A DNA stretch of 10,958 bases, taken from an uncultured Pseudomonadota bacterium. Lineage in GTDB: Bacteria > BMS3Abin14. Of this stretch, positions 7,680 to 10,958 are shown piece by piece. Position 1 is the stretch's first letter; every line of letters starts with the position of its first letter. The DNA lies in contig CAYVSA010000062.1 of NCBI GenBank assembly GCA_964454175.1, forward strand, positions 1 to 10,958, read 5' to 3'. The notes under the pieces are model-generated. The model saw only the letters and a list, made by a program, of their open reading frames with translations. It was not told the origin of the DNA and searched no databases. The position numbers and the translations under genes were made by a program.

Positions 7680-10085
7680 TCACTGAACCAGCCTTTTTGC
7701 TCTTTCCCTTATTAAGAAGTGGTAGATCAGGTCGCAGTACCTGTCCAGTTCTTCTTTTGCCTTGCCTGATACGGCGTGGCGCCAGAAACCGTAAAGTTTT
7801 GTCAGGTTCACAAGGCTTTCACTGTACCTGTTCCAGTTGTAGGCTTCGTGAACCCTTTTTATGCCACCTTCGGATATCTCCTTCCAGTGCCCTGTATTTT
7901 CCCTGCAGTGGTTGAAGAAATTCTCCAGGGATCTTGCTATCAGTTCCGGTGTACTGGTATTGAGCAAGTACCCGTTAACACCGAACTGAATGATCTCCAG
8001 CGGGCCGCCGAACCTGGGTGCGAAGGTGGGCAGCCCCGAGGCCATAGCTTCAAGGACAGTGAGCCCAAAGGCCTCGAAGAGGGCCGGCTGAACAAATATC
8101 CCGCCCATATCTGCTACGATCCGGTAGACCTCTCCCGTGTCCAGCTTGGGGATGCTGGGGAGCCAGCGCACTTTGCCCTCAAGTTTGTAGGACTCGATCA
8201 GGCTCCAGGCTCTTTCAATCTCGCTTTTCTCCTCGTAATCCGTCGTGTCTTCCGGGTGCAGGAGGCCAGCAGCGAAAATGAGGTTGCACTCCTCCCTGAG
8301 TTCTTCGCTCATCCCGAATGCTTCAATGAGTCCGGTAATGTTCTTTATCTTGTCGAACCTGGCCATCGTGAAGACCGGTTTTTTCTCCGGGTCTGTGAGC
8401 TCTCCATATATCCTGTTAGACTTTTCATCCAGGAGGTGGTGTCTCAGCCTGCCCGTAGCGGCCTGGATCCTTCGGTCTTTTTCCCGGAACGGATAGTAGA
8501 TCTCCTCGTCGACTCCGGGCGGGACCACGTTGAACTTCGGCTCGAACAGATTTACCCCACAGTCGGCCTGGTACAGGCCGGGCATGGCAAAGAACTGATA
8601 GGACTCATACTGCCCCATGGTATCGTCTGTGCCGACGATCTCCTGGAGTGTGCTGGTGATAATAAAATCGGCCTTGTTCATGGAGTAGATATCAGCGGTG
8701 AACTGTATGGAGAAATTGTACTCCGGCTCCCTCTCCTGCCAATAGACGTCAGAGAGGTGGTACTTGGGCTTTTCCAGAGCGTGGGCGATCATGCATTGGG
8801 TCGTGTCGAAATGGTCTGCGAGGAGGGAGGCCACCAGGTTTCCGTCGGAGTAGTTTCCTATCACCAGGTCCGGTCGGCCGTGCAGCGCTCCAGTCAGTTC
8901 GTGAATCGAGTCATCAGCGAAACGCTCCAGGTAGGGCCAGATCTGGAACCGGGATATCCAGTGTTTGATGATGTTGTACTTGCCATCCCTGAAAGGCACC
9001 CGGAGGATCCAGGCGTTGTCGGTGTTGAAGATCTTCTCCATCCTCTGATCGCAGGTGGTGTCGCCGGCATCGGGTATAAGCCGTGTCAGAACTATGATGT
9101 GCGGTTCAATGTCCAGGCCCGAGGACCTGAAAAGTTCCTTCAGGCAGCTTTCCAGAACCCTGACCTGGTCCAGTATGTAGATGACCTGGCCGCCCGTGTC
9201 CGGTTTTCCCAGCGTGTTGGTCTGGCCGAACCACCCGTGGGGGGAGATAATGGCTATTCTGGAGATCAGGGGCACAGGCACCCGGGACATGAACTCTTCC
9301 AGCAGCTCTTCAGAGGGCTTGTTGATCAGGTCAAGCAGGATCTTCATCGTATCTCTGACCCGGCCGGCCGTGTCCCCCCACCCTGCTTCAAAGCCGTTCT
9401 CCGCGAGGGTTGATTCGATCTCTTTTAGCGGCGATCCCGGGTCCACCCGGCCCAGTTTTTTTACCGCTTCTGCCAGCCTTTTTTCCATAGCGTTTTCATC
9501 TTCGATGATGGAACCGTTTATCATCAGTTCTTTACCGTTAACTTTCTGGACCTTCATGAACTCGAAGAACTCTTTTTTCGAAACTTCAGGGCTTTCGAAA
9601 AGCTGTTCGCTCAGGAACTGGCTGAGGAATTTCATACCGCTGCCAATTGTTCTGCTGTCACGCATCTCGGGGGTGAAATGATAGAACGGCCTGAAGTCAA
9701 TGGGAGGATACTTTTCCTTTTCGTTATCCCGGTAGATGAACTCCTGCTGCATTTCAAAATAGCGGCCCTGGGTCGTTTCCTCCACATACTCCCCGTCCTT
9801 ACGGATCAGGTAAAAGAGGTACTGCCCCATCTCCAGCCTTCGCATGACGACGAGGTGATCGCCGCACGGAAAGAGCACCTGGACTTTTCTTAAGAATTCG
9901 AAAAGGGATGAATTGCTGCGAAACTCCTCGGATTTACCTGCCGCATCACAGTAGCTGCGGAAAGTCTGGATCACTTCATTGCGGAGGATAAGGGCCTGGT
10001 CCTGGTCGAATACCTGTGCCAGCCACTCCCTGAAATCACCAAGTTCTGATCCTGCAATGATCTTGTCAATGAGGTTTGTTTCCAT
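7680..10085 (-). CDS. Sucrose synthase (SuSy, GT4 family, EC 2.4.1.13)
   Basis: 801 aa, the typical SuSy length. Motifs IDFRPF, GFEAGWGDTAGRVRDTM, ISPHGWFGQTNTLGKPDTGGQVIYILDQVRVLE, WISRFQIWPYLERF, PDLVIGNYSDGNLVASLL, IAHALEK, GQYESY, FTMARFDKIKNITGL, FVQPALFEAFGLTVLEAMASGLPTFA and YGFWRHA. Confidence 0.96.
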   Translation of the reverse strand: METNLIDKIIAGSELGDFREWLAQVFDQDQALILRNEVIQTFRSYCDAAGKSEEFRSNSSLFEFLRKVQVLFPCGDHLVVMRRLEMGQYLFYLIRKDGEYVEETTQGRYFEMQQEFIYRDNEKEKYPPIDFRPFYHFTPEMRDSRTIGSGMKFLSQFLSEQLFESPEVSKKEFFEFMKVQKVNGKELMINGSIIEDENAMEKRLAEAVKKLGRVDPGSPLKEIESTLAENGFEAGWGDTAGRVRDTMKILLDLINKPSEELLEEFMSRVPVPLISRIAIISPHGWFGQTNTLGKPDTGGQVIYILDQVRVLESCLKELFRSSGLDIEPHIIVLTRLIPDAGDTTCDQRMEKIFNTDNAWILRVPFRDGKYNIIKHWISRFQIWPYLERFADDSIHELTGALHGRPDLVIGNYSDGNLVASLLADHFDTTQCMIAHALEKPKYHLSDVYWQEREPEYNFSIQFTADIYSMNKADFIITSTLQEIVGTDDTMGQYESYQFFAMPGLYQADCGVNLFEPKFNVVPPGVDEEIYYPFREKDRRIQAATGRLRHHLLDEKSNRIYGELTDPEKKPVFTMARFDKIKNITGLIEAFGMSEELREECNLIFAAGLLHPEDTTDYEEKSEIERAWSLIESYKLEGKVRWLPSIPKLDTGEVYRIVADMGGIFVQPALFEAFGLTVLEAMASGLPTFAPRFGGPLEIIQFGVNGYLLNTSTPELIARSLENFFNHCRENTGHWKEISEGGIKRVHEAYNWNRYSESLVNLTKLYGFWRHAVSGKAKEELDRYCDLIYHFLIRERAKRLVQ

Positions 10086-10092
10086 GGTTGAA

Positions 10093-10958
10093 TTATTCGT
10101 CCTCCTTCAGAAAGTTATAGTGCTCGATGGCCTCGAGGATGCCGGCCGCGTTGGTGCCGCTGGCAAAGTAAACATTTCTCCTACCCCTCATCTTTTCCAG
10201 TTCGGGGCTGTAGTTGCCGACTACAACGGCCTTGGGTTCTCCCTGGAGCATCTCCTCGTCGTTGCCGGAGTCACCGCAGACCAGGAAATTGCCCAGGGGG
10301 AACTCCCACTTGTAGCTGAGATACCTGATGGCCTTGCCCTTTGACGCACGGTAGGGAAGTATGTCCAGGTACCTGTCGTGAGAGTAGATCAAATTGTAGC
10401 GGCACTTGTTGTTCACAAGCAGATCATGGATCTTCACAAGGCGATCCGGGTCAGGATCCATGTAGTAGCTGATCTTGAAGGACCTCTGGGTTTCCTCCTC
10501 CTGGTAGTCCAGGAAGGGCAGTTCGTCCAGAAGGGCCTTGATCTTGTCCCTCTTCCACCTGTCGGCAATGTGGGTTCTCCACCCAACCCCGGGCTTGTGC
10601 TTCCTGCCGTAGTAGATCTCTGAACCCACCGAGGCGATTATCACATCCACCCTGTCTATACCGTGCTTTTCAAGGTACTGGACCGCCGAATCCAGTGTCC
10701 TTCCAGTAGCGACTCCGAACCCCATCTTCTCCCTGCTGTTATTGATAACTTCCAGAAGTTCAGGGAGCTTTTTGTTGTCATCACCTATCAGCGTGTGGTC
10801 GATGTCGGTGATCAGGAAGTGATCCAGCCTGGCAAGGCGCCTTCCTATGGGGTCTTCCGGGATCGCGCTCAGCTTGACCGACGATTCAACCCCGGAAATA
10901 AGCCTGTCTATCTCCTTGAGGTAGTTTTCGGTGAAGCTCTCCCATGTGTAGATCTTCC
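10093..10958 (-). CDS. 3' part of a sucrose-phosphate synthase / sucrose-phosphate phosphatase fusion (GT4 C-terminus plus HAD-IIB S6PP domain); 5' end lies outside the window
   Basis: The frame stays open upstream of the tracked ATG at 10725 as far as the window edge: KIYTWESFTENYLKEIDRLISGVESSVKLSAIPEDPIGRRLARLDHFLITDIDHTLIGDD...KMGFGVATGRT. YTWESFTENYL resembles the last helix of a GT4 domain. HAD motifs I (DIDHT), II (ATGR), III (ASKG) and IV (GDSGND) are all present, with the S6PP-type signatures IASVGSEIYY, FKISYY and LDILPYRASKG. It ends 7 bp before the SuSy start. Confidence 0.88.
   Translation of the reverse strand, partial: KIYTWESFTENYLKEIDRLISGVESSVKLSAIPEDPIGRRLARLDHFLITDIDHTLIGDDNKKLPELLEVINNSREKMGFGVATGRTLDSAVQYLEKHGIDRVDVIIASVGSEIYYGRKHKPGVGWRTHIADRWKRDKIKALLDELPFLDYQEEETQRSFKISYYMDPDPDRLVKIHDLLVNNKCRYNLIYSHDRYLDILPYRASKGKAIRYLSYKWEFPLGNFLVCGDSGNDEEMLQGEPKAVVVGNYSPELEKMRGRRNVYFASGTNAAGILEAIEHYNFLKEDE

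Noticed and set aside
7776..9413. 545-aa + strand ORF antisense to sucrose synthase
   Set aside because: It lies wholly within SuSy in the codon-aligned antisense frame, where stops arise only from sense TTA/CTA/TCA codons, which are scarce in a GC3-rich gene. It has no recognizable motifs and is most likely a shadow ORF.
10723..10725. ATG at 10725 as the start of a standalone sucrose-phosphate phosphatase
   Set aside because: Starting here would omit catalytic HAD motif I (DIDHT, 10792-10806), and the frame is open to the window edge.
1..10958. CRISPR arrays, tandem repeats, IS elements, tRNA/rRNA, frameshifted pseudogenes
   Set aside because: None seen by eye. Intergenic gaps are at most 117 bp and all complete genes have lengths typical of their families.

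Overview
This is a gene-dense bacterial window with no mobile elements, RNA genes or CRISPR arrays that I can see. On the + strand are the 3' end of a hypothetical protein with a possible winged-helix segment (1..426, missed by the ORF track) and an aromatic amino acid permease of the TyrP/Mtr (HAAAP) family (503..1693). On the - strand, in transcription order, are the 3' part of a probable sucrose-phosphate synthase/phosphatase fusion (GT4 tail plus an intact HAD domain; the ORF runs off the right edge and is longer than the track shows), a sucrose synthase, a 117-bp intergenic region, and a complete nqrABCDEF Na+-translocating NADH:quinone oxidoreductase operon that ends 21 bp from the convergent permease. 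Every component belongs to a known family, so I cannot claim a new system. The points most worth checking are: sucrose metabolism genes placed co-directionally ahead of a sodium pump; a perfect DnaA box abutting an extended -10 element upstream of nqrA; loss of the usual CxxxCP cysteines in the NqrA C-terminus; a shortened non-QN nucleotide-specificity loop in the sucrose synthase; and no apbE/nqrM beside nqrF. Comparisons with reference proteins are from memory and no alignment was run.
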